Assembly: GCA_963667015.2 (NCBI GenBank)
Contig: CAXXJJ010000004.1
Location: 864,001 to 928,000, forward strand
DNA length: 64,000 nucleotides
Source: Desulfatiglandales bacterium
Lineage (GTDB): Bacteria > Desulfobacterota > DSM-4660 > Desulfatiglandales > HGW-15
Direction of reading: 5' to 3'
Shown here: piece by piece, positions 17,002 through 28,100 of the stretch
Layout of the letters: each line of letters starts with the position of its first letter
How positions within the stretch are numbered: the first letter of the stretch is position 1
Notes under the pieces: model-generated
Databases searched by the model: none
Seen by the model: the letters and a program-made list of their open reading frames with translations, nothing else
What the model was told of the DNA's origin: nothing
Position numbers and translations under genes: made by a program

Positions 17002-19716
17002 ATGGCTGTCCAGGTATTAAAAAATAACTGCACGTCAGGGGAGCTCTCACCTAAGCTCCATCGGAGATCGGAACTCGTACAATACCAGAACGGTCTTGAT
17101 ACCTGTTATAACGCTGTTGTTTCTCCATATGGCGGCGTATATCGCAGATTCGGAACAAAATACATATCTAGTGCAAAACATTCTGACAAATTAAGTATCA
17201 GAAGAAAATTTGAATTCTCTATTGATCAGTCATATGTCCTGGAAATCGGAGAATATTATATCAGATTCCATATTGATGGGGCGTTGATCGTCGTTGAATA
17301 TTCGGCATGGGCAACGTTAACGGATTATTTGCCCGGAGACCTTGCAACTGAATCGGGCAGTTATTACAGATGCATTGTAGAGCATACTTCAGGAACTTTT
17401 TCAACTGATCTTTCAAATGGTTACTGGGTTGAAACTGAGGGGGAGAATGATATTGCTTATGAAGTTCCGAGCACATATGAAGAAGATGAACTCAGATCTT
17501 TAAGGTTTGAACAGAGTGCAGACGTCCTTTACATATTTCATAAAGATCATCATCCGGCAAAATTAACAAGATACAGTCATACAAGCTGGACATTAAGCGA
17601 CTGTGATTTCACAGGGGGGCCTTTTATTGATAATGACTTATCAGGAATAACTCTTACCCCGTCCGCGGTAACAGGGTCCATAACGGTTGCCGCATCTTCC
17701 CCTGTGTTTGATGAACTTCATATTGGAAGTCTGTGGAAATTAAGCAGCGGTCGGGCAGTTGCTGAGGTAACCGCCGCAATAACATCAAATACCAGTTCCG
17801 ACGCTGTTGAGACTGGAAACGAGACCGTAGAACTGCAGATATCCGGTACATGGAGCGCTAAGGTAGTTGTTGAAAGAAGTTTTAATAAAGGTACTGACTG
17901 GTATCCATACCAGACAATAGGCTCAAATTGCGTCAAAAAATATTCGGATACAAGGGATCTCTCTTACAGGGTCACTATAAGTAACTATGTATCGGGCACG
18001 GTAAATGTAAGGCTTTCCGCTCTTGATTCGGATGGAACAGGCCAGGGAACAATAAGAATAACCGGCTTTACCGATGGGTCAAATGTAAGCGCTGATGTTG
18101 TAGATGAATTAAGGTCTACAGATGCAACCAATATCTGGGCTGAAGCCGCATGGTCAAAATATAGAGGATACCCGAGGGCTGGAAAAATTTATGAAGGTCG
18201 CCTTGTATTGGCCTGTACCAATTACGACTCTAAAGGCGTATGGGGAAGTTCAAGCCTTGAATATGAGAATTTTAAACTTGGCACAAACGACGATGATGCA
18301 TTTTACTTCAGCCTTGATGCTAAGGGAGGTATTAACGAATTAAAATGGATGGAATCCTGGAAACACCTTGCCCTGGGAACTGTTGGCGGTGAAATAAGAT
18401 TAACTTCTAATAATGGAATTTCACCTTCAAACCCGCCAGATAAAAAACAGGATTCAAGTTATGGCAGCACTGATATACAGGGGTTTGTTGCTGTCCGCTC
18501 AATCATCTTTGTAGACCGGTGCCGAAGAATTTTAAGAGAATATGCATATGATTACAACACCGATGCCTTTGACTCTCCCTCAATTTCTGTTTTGTCAGAA
18601 CATATATTGAATGAGGGCGGAGGTATCATTGACGTCGCTTATCAGCAAAAACAGGACTCGATTATCTGGTGTGTATTATCTGACGGCACACTTGGCGCCA
18701 TTACATATTTACCGGGGCAGCAAGTATCCGGTTGGCATAAACACGCACTGGGAGGAGTTGCAGAAATAGAATCTATCTGCGTTATACCGGGGAATTACGG
18801 ACATGATGAAGTTTGGTTTGCTGTAAAAAGGATGATAAACGGAAGTGAAGTCAGGTACACCGAATTAATGTATGAGGATGAAAGTCTTTGGGAATATTAT
18901 CTAAGTACTGTTTGGAAGCCTTACACAGTTTATCCCGTAGGGGCTTTGGTTACTGATCCCGGCAATCCTAATCACTATTTTAGATGTTTTGCAAGACACA
19001 GATCAGGTGATGAGTTTCCCGGTGAAGGCGGGTACTGGGTATCAAGCGATCCTGATGATTATTATGAGTGGAGTTGCTGTGATAATGAAGAGTATGATTT
19101 TTCTTTTGATGATGATTCCACTTCGGACACTATTGTTGCGGGAAATTCAATAGAAATATATGTGACTGGCGGATGCGGCCCCTTCACGTATAGCACTAGC
19201 TCCAACGGATACGATATTGAAGGACAGAGTTCATATCAGACAAACGATAGAAATGTCACATTAAATTGTGTGTCAGGTGACTGCGGCGTTGATTTTGATG
19301 TAACGGCCATGATTACAATTACCGATGGCTGTGGAACAGAGATTAGCGCAACCATAAGAAACACAGGCGGATCTTGGGTGGCTTACGGAAGCGGTGTTGC
19401 TTATTATACAGAAGGATCTCCCTACTATTGTGATAACGCAGACTGTGTCACATCCTCATCGAATGAGATTATCGAGGGTGAATATAAGTGGGAAATATCG
19501 GAAGTTTTATCGAAACGAGTATGTAAACAACCGTATACAGTATGGACACAGTATAGCGGTACGTGGATAGACCCTCCGTGTGGATCGCCTATGGACTGCC
19601 TTAGCGTGCTTAATATTAGTACATCTGGTTGCCCTTCTCCTGATACTTGTTCGGAAGGTACCAGTTGTATTCCTCATTATGTTAACCCGTCAGTAATACA
19701 TAGGTGGGAGTGCTAA
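17002..19716 (+). CDS. Tail tubular protein B / nozzle, N-terminal part, with a foreign Cys-rich C-terminus
   Basis: SGELSPKL, QSADVL, GYPR, GWHKH and VKRMING motifs. Confidence 0.88.
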   Translation: MAVQVLKNNCTSGELSPKLHRRSELVQYQNGLDTCYNAVVSPYGGVYRRFGTKYISSAKHSDKLSIRRKFEFSIDQSYVLEIGEYYIRFHIDGALIVVEYSAWATLTDYLPGDLATESGSYYRCIVEHTSGTFSTDLSNGYWVETEGENDIAYEVPSTYEEDELRSLRFEQSADVLYIFHKDHHPAKLTRYSHTSWTLSDCDFTGGPFIDNDLSGITLTPSAVTGSITVAASSPVFDELHIGSLWKLSSGRAVAEVTAAITSNTSSDAVETGNETVELQISGTWSAKVVVERSFNKGTDWYPYQTIGSNCVKKYSDTRDLSYRVTISNYVSGTVNVRLSALDSDGTGQGTIRITGFTDGSNVSADVVDELRSTDATNIWAEAAWSKYRGYPRAGKIYEGRLVLACTNYDSKGVWGSSSLEYENFKLGTNDDDAFYFSLDAKGGINELKWMESWKHLALGTVGGEIRLTSNNGISPSNPPDKKQDSSYGSTDIQGFVAVRSIIFVDRCRRILREYAYDYNTDAFDSPSISVLSEHILNEGGGIIDVAYQQKQDSIIWCVLSDGTLGAITYLPGQQVSGWHKHALGGVAEIESICVIPGNYGHDEVWFAVKRMINGSEVRYTELMYEDESLWEYYLSTVWKPYTVYPVGALVTDPGNPNHYFRCFARHRSGDEFPGEGGYWVSSDPDDYYEWSCCDNEEYDFSFDDDSTSDTIVAGNSIEIYVTGGCGPFTYSTSSNGYDIEGQSSYQTNDRNVTLNCVSGDCGVDFDVTAMITITDGCGTEISATIRNTGGSWVAYGSGVAYYTEGSPYYCDNADCVTSSSNEIIEGEYKWEISEVLSKRVCKQPYTVWTQYSGTWIDPPCGSPMDCLSVLNISTSGCPSPDTCSEGTSCIPHYVNPSVIHRWEC

Positions 19717-20067
19717 ATGATAAATAAATTACAGGCCTTTGATGGACTTTTTACGTTGGGGCAATTGCAGACTATCGTCAATATGTCATTGCATGCAGAG
19801 TATATTAAGATAAATTTGCACGATTTGCTTAAATCAGATCCTCCAAAAGTAAAAGCGCCATTGCCTAAGGAATCCGGTAAGGTATTGGTAAAGCATTTTA
19901 AGGCGATATGCCCAAGGTGCGGGAAAGTAATGTCTTATTCTCCTGTAGGTAAAGATTCTGAAAAATACAAAGAAGGGTACAGGACTTACTTATTGTGCGG
20001 GGCGTCGTGTTGCAATGGTAAAGGGTGCGGCTACCAGGATTTCGTTAAATTCTACATTATTAAATAA
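19717..20067 (+). CDS. Zinc-finger hypothetical protein
   Basis: CPRC...CGASCC..CGY. Confidence 0.7.
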   Translation: MINKLQAFDGLFTLGQLQTIVNMSLHAEYIKINLHDLLKSDPPKVKAPLPKESGKVLVKHFKAICPRCGKVMSYSPVGKDSEKYKEGYRTYLLCGASCCNGKGCGYQDFVKFYIIK

Positions 20068-20079
20068 AAGGATGGATGT

Positions 20080-20751
20080 ATGACGTTACCAAACACATAC
20101 TGGCTTTTTAATAATACAGCAAATGATGGAGCAAACACAGGCAATGCATCCGGAGGTGAGGGTGCGTCCTCTTCCAACTGGGTAGTAATCGACCTGGTTA
20201 ATGATGCACTGTTGTTTCTCGACAGCCAGCAGATAGACGGAGATCCTATATCAGGCACTAAATTCCCAGGACTTATTCCGCCATCCGGGAGCATTGAAGT
20301 CCCAAAAACATTTGTTAAAGATAATTCGGAATCTGTTTATGATCAGGTTCCTTTAGCAGGTACTACTGCCGGAGGGCAATCCGGAGGAGACACTCGATAT
20401 CCGTTTTCAATTTATTTTGACGGCGCTACCGCATCCATACCTTATTTGGAGGCATGGGATTCAGACGCTCATTCGACAATAATAAAAACATTTTTGGGAG
20501 GCAATGGAGTTGATACACCGTCACCAACTAATTCAACTATTTTAGGTGTTACAACTACAAACGGAGCTCCCGGATCTGCAACATGGGCCGGTTCTCCGAT
20601 TGCCGGAGCGAGCAACAGACTGTCTCTTGACACAGGCGCATTGGCCGGAGCGAAAAACCTGTATTTTAACATTAAGCAGGTGTTTCAGTATACGCTGGCA
20701 GCAGTGGCGGATTCGGCTATTGTATTGGCGTTGAGGTTTACATATTCATAA
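20080..20751 (+). CDS. Putative virion/tail protein
   Basis: G/T/S/A-rich; ends LRFTYS. Confidence 0.7.
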   Translation: MTLPNTYWLFNNTANDGANTGNASGGEGASSSNWVVIDLVNDALLFLDSQQIDGDPISGTKFPGLIPPSGSIEVPKTFVKDNSESVYDQVPLAGTTAGGQSGGDTRYPFSIYFDGATASIPYLEAWDSDAHSTIIKTFLGGNGVDTPSPTNSTILGVTTTNGAPGSATWAGSPIAGASNRLSLDTGALAGAKNLYFNIKQVFQYTLAAVADSAIVLALRFTYS

Positions 20752-21194
20752 TGCACATTTTCCTCAAAAACGAAATGGCATGGAGAATTAAGGTGACATT
20801 TGCGGGCAGTCTGCCTCCGAAGGAATACATCACACCGGACATCCAACACACAGACCCAGGCTGGGGCAGTGAGTTATTTAACCGGATGATTGAAAAATTG
20901 GAGTTTTACCTGCCGACAGGACACAGACTTGTATTGGCAGGAATGGAGCAGTACAATTTTTTTATTGAGGCTGTTCAGTCATTTGGTAAAGGCTGCAAAG
21001 GCAGAGCGGTAATGAAAAGAATATGTTTTATGGGTAAACTTCCTGGGCAGAATATAGTAGATCGATACATTATTGGTGATCGAAAAATCTGGAGAGACAG
21101 AAAACCATTAGGCATGGAATGGCATGGAGACACGACAGTGGGTTGGAAAGCCGGTTCTCCGGGTGATTTAATATCGAAAATAACGGATAATTAA
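20751..21194 (+). CDS. Phage hypothetical protein
   Basis: Translationally coupled ORF. Confidence 0.65.
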   Translation: MHIFLKNEMAWRIKVTFAGSLPPKEYITPDIQHTDPGWGSELFNRMIEKLEFYLPTGHRLVLAGMEQYNFFIEAVQSFGKGCKGRAVMKRICFMGKLPGQNIVDRYIIGDRKIWRDRKPLGMEWHGDTTVGWKAGSPGDLISKITDN

Positions 21195-21198
21195 AAAA

Positions 21199-22482
21199 AT
21201 GGCATGGGTTGACGACACATTTACAGATAACAATGGATCTGCTCCAAATTTGGATAAATGGACCGAGATTGACGCAGACAACAAACTGAGTATACAAAAC
21301 AACAAACTTGACTTTAACAGCGAGGAATCAGCGGGAGCGGAAGCAAGAGTAAATAGTAATTACACGATATCTGGAGATTTCAGCATACAAGTTGACATAG
21401 AGGAGCTTTATGGTGTCAACCCAGCCACATCAAACCATAATGCAAGATTACAGATAAACAGCGCCGATTTCGCATATTTGTGGATATCAATTATTCGTGA
21501 TGACACAAATGGTAAACAGTTCTATGTCAATGGCGAAACCACTTCGAGCACTTATATTACTAGATCACTTGATATCACAAAATTAAAACTGGAAAGATCG
21601 GGATCAGTGATAAAAGGCTACTATTGGTCAGGATCACAGTGGGAGTGGAATGGAAGCACAGATGGTTTTACATTTTCAGAAACGAGTTCTGCAGATATAT
21701 CTGTAATCCTGATATGTCAACAGCGACCGGCTTCACAGTGGCATGCTGCATTTGATAACTTTGTTGTAAATGCCGGCAGTATAACCCCTGAGCTACTTTT
21801 TGAGGACTTTACATTAGATTTAGCGGCATATCATCAAAAATATGACGCTATGCAAATGATTCTGCAGGCACATGACGGACTTGAATTCAGGGATTTTGCA
21901 TTAATTTTAGAAGCAATAAAAGAAGAGGAAGAAGAACCGGAAGAACCGGAGGAAGTAGAGGATCTAGACGACATGGCAAATATAGGAGTTTTTCAATTAG
22001 ATTGCGCATCTACATATTATGGTCCACCTGTTACGGAAATATCCGGACTCGATTATCTTGAGGGTGAAGCAGTTATGTATCTTGCTGACTGTGTGCGGGT
22101 AGGTACGGCTATCGTTACAGGCGGTCAAATATCTCTTGATGCTGAGGCAACATACGTAATAGTAGGCCTTCCATATGTTACCATTGTTAAAACCCTCACA
22201 CCTGATGCGGGAGCACTGGACGGACCGGCTCTCGGTCGGAAAAACAGGATAACAAATCCTATTATCAGTTTTTATAGATCTGGGAATGGAATTAAATTCG
22301 GACCTGATTTTGACCGTTTGAAAGACGTGCCCGAACTTAATGACAACTCTTTAACAACTGTAAACGTGCCCGTAACAATGCCCGGTGGATTCGATACAAA
22401 TGCTCAAATTATTATTATGACTGATAGGCCATTGCCTATGTATTTATTGTCAATATCTCATGACGTATCACCGGCCGATTAA
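21199..22482 (+). CDS. Lectin-like domain fused to the tail tubular protein B C-terminal domain
   Basis: ConA-like beta N-terminus, acidic linker, then LDC..YYG...SGLDYLEG..VGLPY...PLPMYLLSI. Confidence 0.8.
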   Translation: MAWVDDTFTDNNGSAPNLDKWTEIDADNKLSIQNNKLDFNSEESAGAEARVNSNYTISGDFSIQVDIEELYGVNPATSNHNARLQINSADFAYLWISIIRDDTNGKQFYVNGETTSSTYITRSLDITKLKLERSGSVIKGYYWSGSQWEWNGSTDGFTFSETSSADISVILICQQRPASQWHAAFDNFVVNAGSITPELLFEDFTLDLAAYHQKYDAMQMILQAHDGLEFRDFALILEAIKEEEEEPEEPEEVEDLDDMANIGVFQLDCASTYYGPPVTEISGLDYLEGEAVMYLADCVRVGTAIVTGGQISLDAEATYVIVGLPYVTIVKTLTPDAGALDGPALGRKNRITNPIISFYRSGNGIKFGPDFDRLKDVPELNDNSLTTVNVPVTMPGGFDTNAQIIIMTDRPLPMYLLSISHDVSPAD

Positions 22483-22483
22483 T

Positions 22484-22918
22484 ATGCATAGTGAATCTTT
22501 TAAAGTCGAACATTTAAACCAGATAGATCCTGCAGGGGGCAAGGATATTATTTTGATGGTGAAAGGCTCCATTATCCAGGCAGATAAATCTGGAAACATG
22601 ATAGGTTTCTCCCTTGTTCATGAACAAAAAATAATTGCTATTGGCGGAATTTATGATCTGTGGCCGGGCGTTGGTGAGGCAATTTCCTTTATGTCAGAAG
22701 ATGCATTCAAATACCCAAAAAGCCTTTTTTCCGCCTTCTCACGCGGCCTGAGTGCAGGAATAAAGATTAAAAAATATTGGCGGGTGCAGGCAATGGTAAA
22801 AGCCGGGTTCGATGAAGGGACACGATTTATAGAACATCTTGGATTTGAACAGGAAGGGCTCATGAGAAAATGGGCTCCGGATGGAACGGATTTTTATATA
22901 TATGCGAGGGTAAAATAA
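22484..22918 (+). CDS. GNAT-fold protein (T7 gp13-like position)
   Basis: RFIEHLGFEQEGLMR motif. Confidence 0.8.
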   Translation: MHSESFKVEHLNQIDPAGGKDIILMVKGSIIQADKSGNMIGFSLVHEQKIIAIGGIYDLWPGVGEAISFMSEDAFKYPKSLFSAFSRGLSAGIKIKKYWRVQAMVKAGFDEGTRFIEHLGFEQEGLMRKWAPDGTDFYIYARVK

Positions 22919-23388
22919 TGGCTTTTCTACCAATGGCATTAATGGTCGGGGGTACGGCCCTGAGCGCTGCATCTGCTTACCAGCAGGGGCGTTATCAAAA
23001 CGCTATGTCAAAATACCAGGCCCGGGTATCAGAGCAGGATGCAAATGAACAGCTCATGGCAGGTGCAGAGGAAGAAGCCAGTTTCAGAAAAAAAGCCCGG
23101 GCCCAGTGGGGAACAAATATTAGGAACATCGGTATGAGCGGAGTTACCATGACAGGATCTCCATTGCTTGTAATGTCTGAGATAGCAGAGGAAACAGAAT
23201 TAGAGGCCAATAATATAAGGCGCACAGGCCAGGTTCAGGCAAACAGGTCTTTATCAAATGCATCCGCATACAGGATATCGGGTAAAAATGCGTATCAACA
23301 GGGGATAATGGGAGCCGGCGCGACTCTCATGCAGGGAGGCTCTAAGGTTTATGGAATGGGAGTTAAGAAGGGTTATTGGGGAAATTAA
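22918..23388 (+). CDS. Internal virion (ejection) protein, gp14-like
   Basis: Hydrophobic Ala/Gly N-terminus, SGVTMTGSPL motif. Confidence 0.8.
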   Translation: MAFLPMALMVGGTALSAASAYQQGRYQNAMSKYQARVSEQDANEQLMAGAEEEASFRKKARAQWGTNIRNIGMSGVTMTGSPLLVMSEIAEETELEANNIRRTGQVQANRSLSNASAYRISGKNAYQQGIMGAGATLMQGGSKVYGMGVKKGYWGN

Positions 23389-25116
23389 ATGGCAAAGATC
23401 GAAAGATATATAGCGGGTCCCGGTAGAACTCCTTCAGGCGGGGGAGTGGTTATTCCTCAATCATCAATGGCGGGATATTCAGCATTTGGAAACGCTCTTC
23501 AATCTGTTGGTCAGACCATTGATGATGTTGATGAGCATTTCAGGAAAGCCCGTCAAGCGTCTCTTATGTCGAGTCTTAAAATCGGCCTCGCCAGGGAAAC
23601 ATCAGATATTGAAATTGAATATGACGATCGCCAGGATTACGATAAATTCAGCGATATTTCCGATCGCATTGGTAAGATGCGTCAGGAATATATGGATAAG
23701 ATCGGGCATGATAATGAGATTATGGAATTATTCATGCCTCAGTTCGAGGACTCAGCTATAAGGCTTGAAACCGGTGTCCGTAAGCTTGCGAGATCAAAAT
23801 TTGTTGATGCTGACAGGGCAGCGTTGGGTAATGAGATAGATAATGTCCTGGAGCTGGCAGGCCGTAGCGGAAAATATGAACAGATATCAGGTGAGATACG
23901 GGCCATGGGCAAGGCTGCTATTGCCGGCCGTGCCGCCTCCGGAGTAATTGGCAGAGAAGATGCGGAAAATGCAATTAACCGTTTTGAAGCCCAGTTATGG
24001 GATAATTATTTTACGGCACAAACCAGGTCAAAACCCATTGAAACAAGTGAAGCGTTGAAGGATGATAAACTATTCCCCGGTCTATCCCGGGATAAACGTT
24101 TATACTGGCAGGGTATAGCGTCGGAAGCCGCGACAAAGAAGACGATCGAGGACACTGCATATAATCTAATTGGATCACATAAAAATGATTTTAATTCTAT
24201 GTACTCTGATCTTAACGGTATGGATACTCTTTCCCGTTTTGAAAAATCTAAAGTCCAGGACATGATTGAAACTGCTGAAACCCAATATAATCAGCACCTG
24301 AATGAAATAAGAACTGAGGGTAAAAAGCAGGAACTGGAAAACATTTTTGGCATGGTGAATGATCGTAATTTACTGGGTGCTGTAAAAGCTGTTGAGAATG
24401 CAGAATATCTTACCGAGGAAGAAAAATTCAATAAAACGGAGTCCCTGAAAAACTGGGGACAAAGAGAGTTATGGTCAACAGATCCTGAGCTTGAGGCAAA
24501 AATAATAAAACAGATCGACGAGGGTACCACTACTGAAACAGACATCGAATTTAATAGAGGAATGGGACTTTCAAATGCAGATACTGACAAACTGATTAAA
24601 AGACTGACAGAAAAAGGAAAGGACCCGGTTAGAGACTCAATAATTAAAGATGCCCTATCTTACGCAAAATCAAGATGGATCACAGCCTTTCCCAAGGCGG
24701 ATGATGATACAACACATTTCTCGTACATAAAATTTCAGAACCAGATCCAGGATGAGCTTGAGGCAATGGCCAAGGATAAACCCCTGACCCGGGCCGAAGC
24801 AGCAAAGCATGTTAATGAGTATTTTGATCTTAAAAAGACAGAGGAACGGAACTGGTGGCCTGACCGGCATTATTACGAGGTCGAGGACCTGGCTGATAAA
24901 TATACCGAGGAATCGGGAATCCCCGAGGATGAGTATACAAAGATTGAAAAATATCTTGATGGCAAGGGGCTTTCTTCTTCCAGGGCGGATGTTGAAAAGG
25001 TTTATGAACAGAATAAGGGTAAGCCCGGGTACCAAAAATTAATAGGAAGTGCTGAAAAAGAAAATAAGACAGTGGTAAGGGGTAAAATCAAAAAGGATGA
25101 AAACCAAGATGAATGA
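23389..25116 (+). CDS. Internal virion (ejection) protein, gp15-like
   Basis: Helical 575-aa protein; position in the ejection module. Confidence 0.7.
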   Translation: MAKIERYIAGPGRTPSGGGVVIPQSSMAGYSAFGNALQSVGQTIDDVDEHFRKARQASLMSSLKIGLARETSDIEIEYDDRQDYDKFSDISDRIGKMRQEYMDKIGHDNEIMELFMPQFEDSAIRLETGVRKLARSKFVDADRAALGNEIDNVLELAGRSGKYEQISGEIRAMGKAAIAGRAASGVIGREDAENAINRFEAQLWDNYFTAQTRSKPIETSEALKDDKLFPGLSRDKRLYWQGIASEAATKKTIEDTAYNLIGSHKNDFNSMYSDLNGMDTLSRFEKSKVQDMIETAETQYNQHLNEIRTEGKKQELENIFGMVNDRNLLGAVKAVENAEYLTEEEKFNKTESLKNWGQRELWSTDPELEAKIIKQIDEGTTTETDIEFNRGMGLSNADTDKLIKRLTEKGKDPVRDSIIKDALSYAKSRWITAFPKADDDTTHFSYIKFQNQIQDELEAMAKDKPLTRAEAAKHVNEYFDLKKTEERNWWPDRHYYEVEDLADKYTEESGIPEDEYTKIEKYLDGKGLSSSRADVEKVYEQNKGKPGYQKLIGSAEKENKTVVRGKIKKDENQDE

Positions 25117-28100
25117 TGATTTTGATCTGGACTTATCCGGCATCCAGCAATCCGGGGGCACAAAAACCGTTAATGAAGATGATATAGATGTCACGGGAAT
25201 AAAACCTGACGCTTCATTAAAACGCTGGTTCGGGTCCTTTGTACAGCGGAGCAAGGAAAGTGTCAGATCAATTGCAAGATCACAGCGCCTTGATATTTTA
25301 TTCGGTCATGACCCGTACATAAATCCTGAACTTATGCAAAACCCAATGGCCTACGCAGAGGCCCTGAGATTGCGGGAGGTATCAAAAAGAAACAGGGCGA
25401 TAAATGAACTATCAGAGGAAATACCTGACCTGCAGCCCACTGAAGCCGATATTCAGATGCGTATGATCGATGTGGATAAGAGAGATAGACAGGAAATTGC
25501 CAGTTGGTGGGAAGGCCTTGAGCGTTCAGAATTCCTGCAAACGGCTCCCGAATATGAAGGGATAAGCTCCGGAATGATCGAGGATATTACCGGTGCAATA
25601 GGTTCATCATGGCTTGGCAGTTTAAGCGTAGGCGTCAACCCCGTAATCGGCAGTGAAGTTATTTTCAGGCAGATGCACGGCGCCACTTCCGAAAGTCTGG
25701 AGAAAAAAGGTGTACCATTAGAAAAAGCACATTTTGCGGGTCAGGCAGCGGCCGCTATTTCTCTGCCCCTGGAACTCCTGGGGGAAGCTTTTAAATTTAA
25801 GGCCTTTTTCCCCAATACCGGGAAATGGGTTACCCGGCTGTTACTTGCAGGTGAGGCGTTTGGCGGTGAGGCGTTAACCGAATATTTACAGCAGTACCCG
25901 GAAACGGGTGCCGAAATATGGGCAATGAATCCGGACTTATTGGCAGAAGAATTAATATTACATATGGGTGACGCCTTTTGGTCATTGGATTTTCAGAAAG
26001 AGGCCGGGTACTCAGGGCTTATCGGTGGATTTGCGGCACTTGGTACAGCAGGAGCGGTACAGGCCTCTGTTGGATCTGTTAACTATCTTATATCAGAAAA
26101 GCAAAGGAGAATAAATAAAGCAAAGTCCCAGAAGTTTGCAGACCTCATATCAAAGGAAAATCCGTCTGCTCAGGATGTGCAGGAACTGATAAAACTCGCG
26201 GGTATCCAGAAAAATATTCTAACCGATATAAAGGGAGATAATTTATCGGACATTGTTGAAGAGGTTAAGGCCAGGGTAATGTTTCAGTCTGAGCCGATAA
26301 AGAGCATTGCACGGGATCAAATTAAATCTACTATTAAATTGCACAAAAATTTCACCAACGAACATGCAGAGGCCTATATGGCTATCTGGGACGGTATCGC
26401 CCACAGCCTCACTGAATCAGGTGATATATCAAGCCCCGATGAATTTTATAATATGTGGCGGTTTGAGAATGAGTCCGGAGAAAGCGTAACAGGGAGAAAC
26501 GTTCTTTATCAATCAGGTGAACGCGTTGTTCAGTTCATGGGCTATCAGGATCTTTTGATGACCGGGCAACCTCAGCCAGTATTTGAGATAATCGAGAGCC
26601 CGGATACTGCTGAAATAGGCAGTACCCTGACAGAACGCGGATTAAAGGAAAGACTGATAGAGGTTCCTGAATACTCCAGGGCTGAATATAAATCATCATT
26701 ATCCCCTGAACGACGGGCTGATCTCCTTTGGAAAGAAGTTGAAAAAGGACCTGAGGCGCTTCAAAGATCAAGGCAAAAATATATCAAGGAAACGGTGGGC
26801 ATCGATATTGGACCTCAATTTGAAAAAGATAAATCCTATCTTAGATCTACACCCAAACAGGAAGTACCGATTCAGGATGTTATCAACAATCCAAAAGCCA
26901 CGGAGACCGAAGTAATAGCCGAGAAATTAAAACTTAAGAGCCAGGTTGTTGCCGGCGTCCAGTCCGGCGCATTTGATGGGGCTGTCAGGTTCGGCACAGT
27001 TGATGAGATAAAATCTATCCTGAAGGAAGGAAGGATGCAGGCATCAGCGGAATACGGAGCTATTCATGCACAGCCGATAATGGGGAAAAACGATAATACA
27101 TTTGCCGCCTATGGATCATATAAGAAACATAATATGGCAATTGTATTTCCAAAGGAATCTGTGAGAAAAAAGCCTGAGGCGCATACTAAAGAAGTTCTTA
27201 TCGATGATAAGGTTAATGTCAGGGATCTTAAATTTCTGATCGATGGACATGAAAAGATTTATACATTTGATGAGCTGGAAGGGGCTTTAAAACAGAAACC
27301 TGCTGAAGCAAGAACCTTGTATCAACAGCAACTTCCACAAAAAGCACATATCCCGGTTACTCCTGAAGAAGAAAAAGCCCTGATTGATATGGCATTTGAG
27401 GGAAAGGTTCCGGCCACGGAAAAAGGGGAAAGACCTGATATTAAACTTACCGCAGGTCTTCCATGGGCAGGAAAATCCACTTCTTTGGATGCTGTTGCCG
27501 ATAAGGACCGGGTAATAGCGAACAGTGATGATGTAAAGAAACAGGCCGGTTATGCCAGTGAAGCAGATAAGTTCCATGAAGAATCGAGTAAGATAGCAAA
27601 AAAGATTGTGGATAAAGCTCTGGCTGAAGATTATCACCTTACCTATGATTCCCTTCTCAGCAACTTTGACCTTGCTGATAAAATAATCAATGATGCACTT
27701 GATCAAGGGAAAGATGTTAGTGTTCATTTTGCGTATGTTGATGCTATCACATCAAGAGTACGATCCTTGGTAAGGGTATTTGAGGGTAAATCTGAAAGGC
27801 AGATACCTGATGGAGCGATAATAAAGGGACATAACAGGGTACTGCCTACTTTTATGGAATTATATAAAAAATACGGAAAAAATCCTGATGTTCACTTTTA
27901 TTTAAAAGATAATAATGTGGACTTCAGGAACCCTGTCCCCATTATAGAGAACAGCGTTATTATAAATTCAAAAGCCTTTGACAATATAAGGGACATCGAA
28001 TATAATAAGATATCTACTGAAGATGGAGTAAGATATGAGCGAAAAGAAAAAGAAACAACCGAATCCCTCAGAAATGAAGAAGCTGAAATCAATCAGCGAA

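Noticed and set aside
19040..19716. Diversity-generating retroelement target
   Set aside because: No reverse transcriptase or template repeat seen in the window.
26307..26489. +1-frame 60-aa ORF ending before the RNVLYQ linker
   Set aside because: TTG start with no SD or promoter; probably chance, though worth checking in homologs.
27243..27290. Possible nested ORF at the end of the first module
   Set aside because: Only 15 codons and no promoter or SD.
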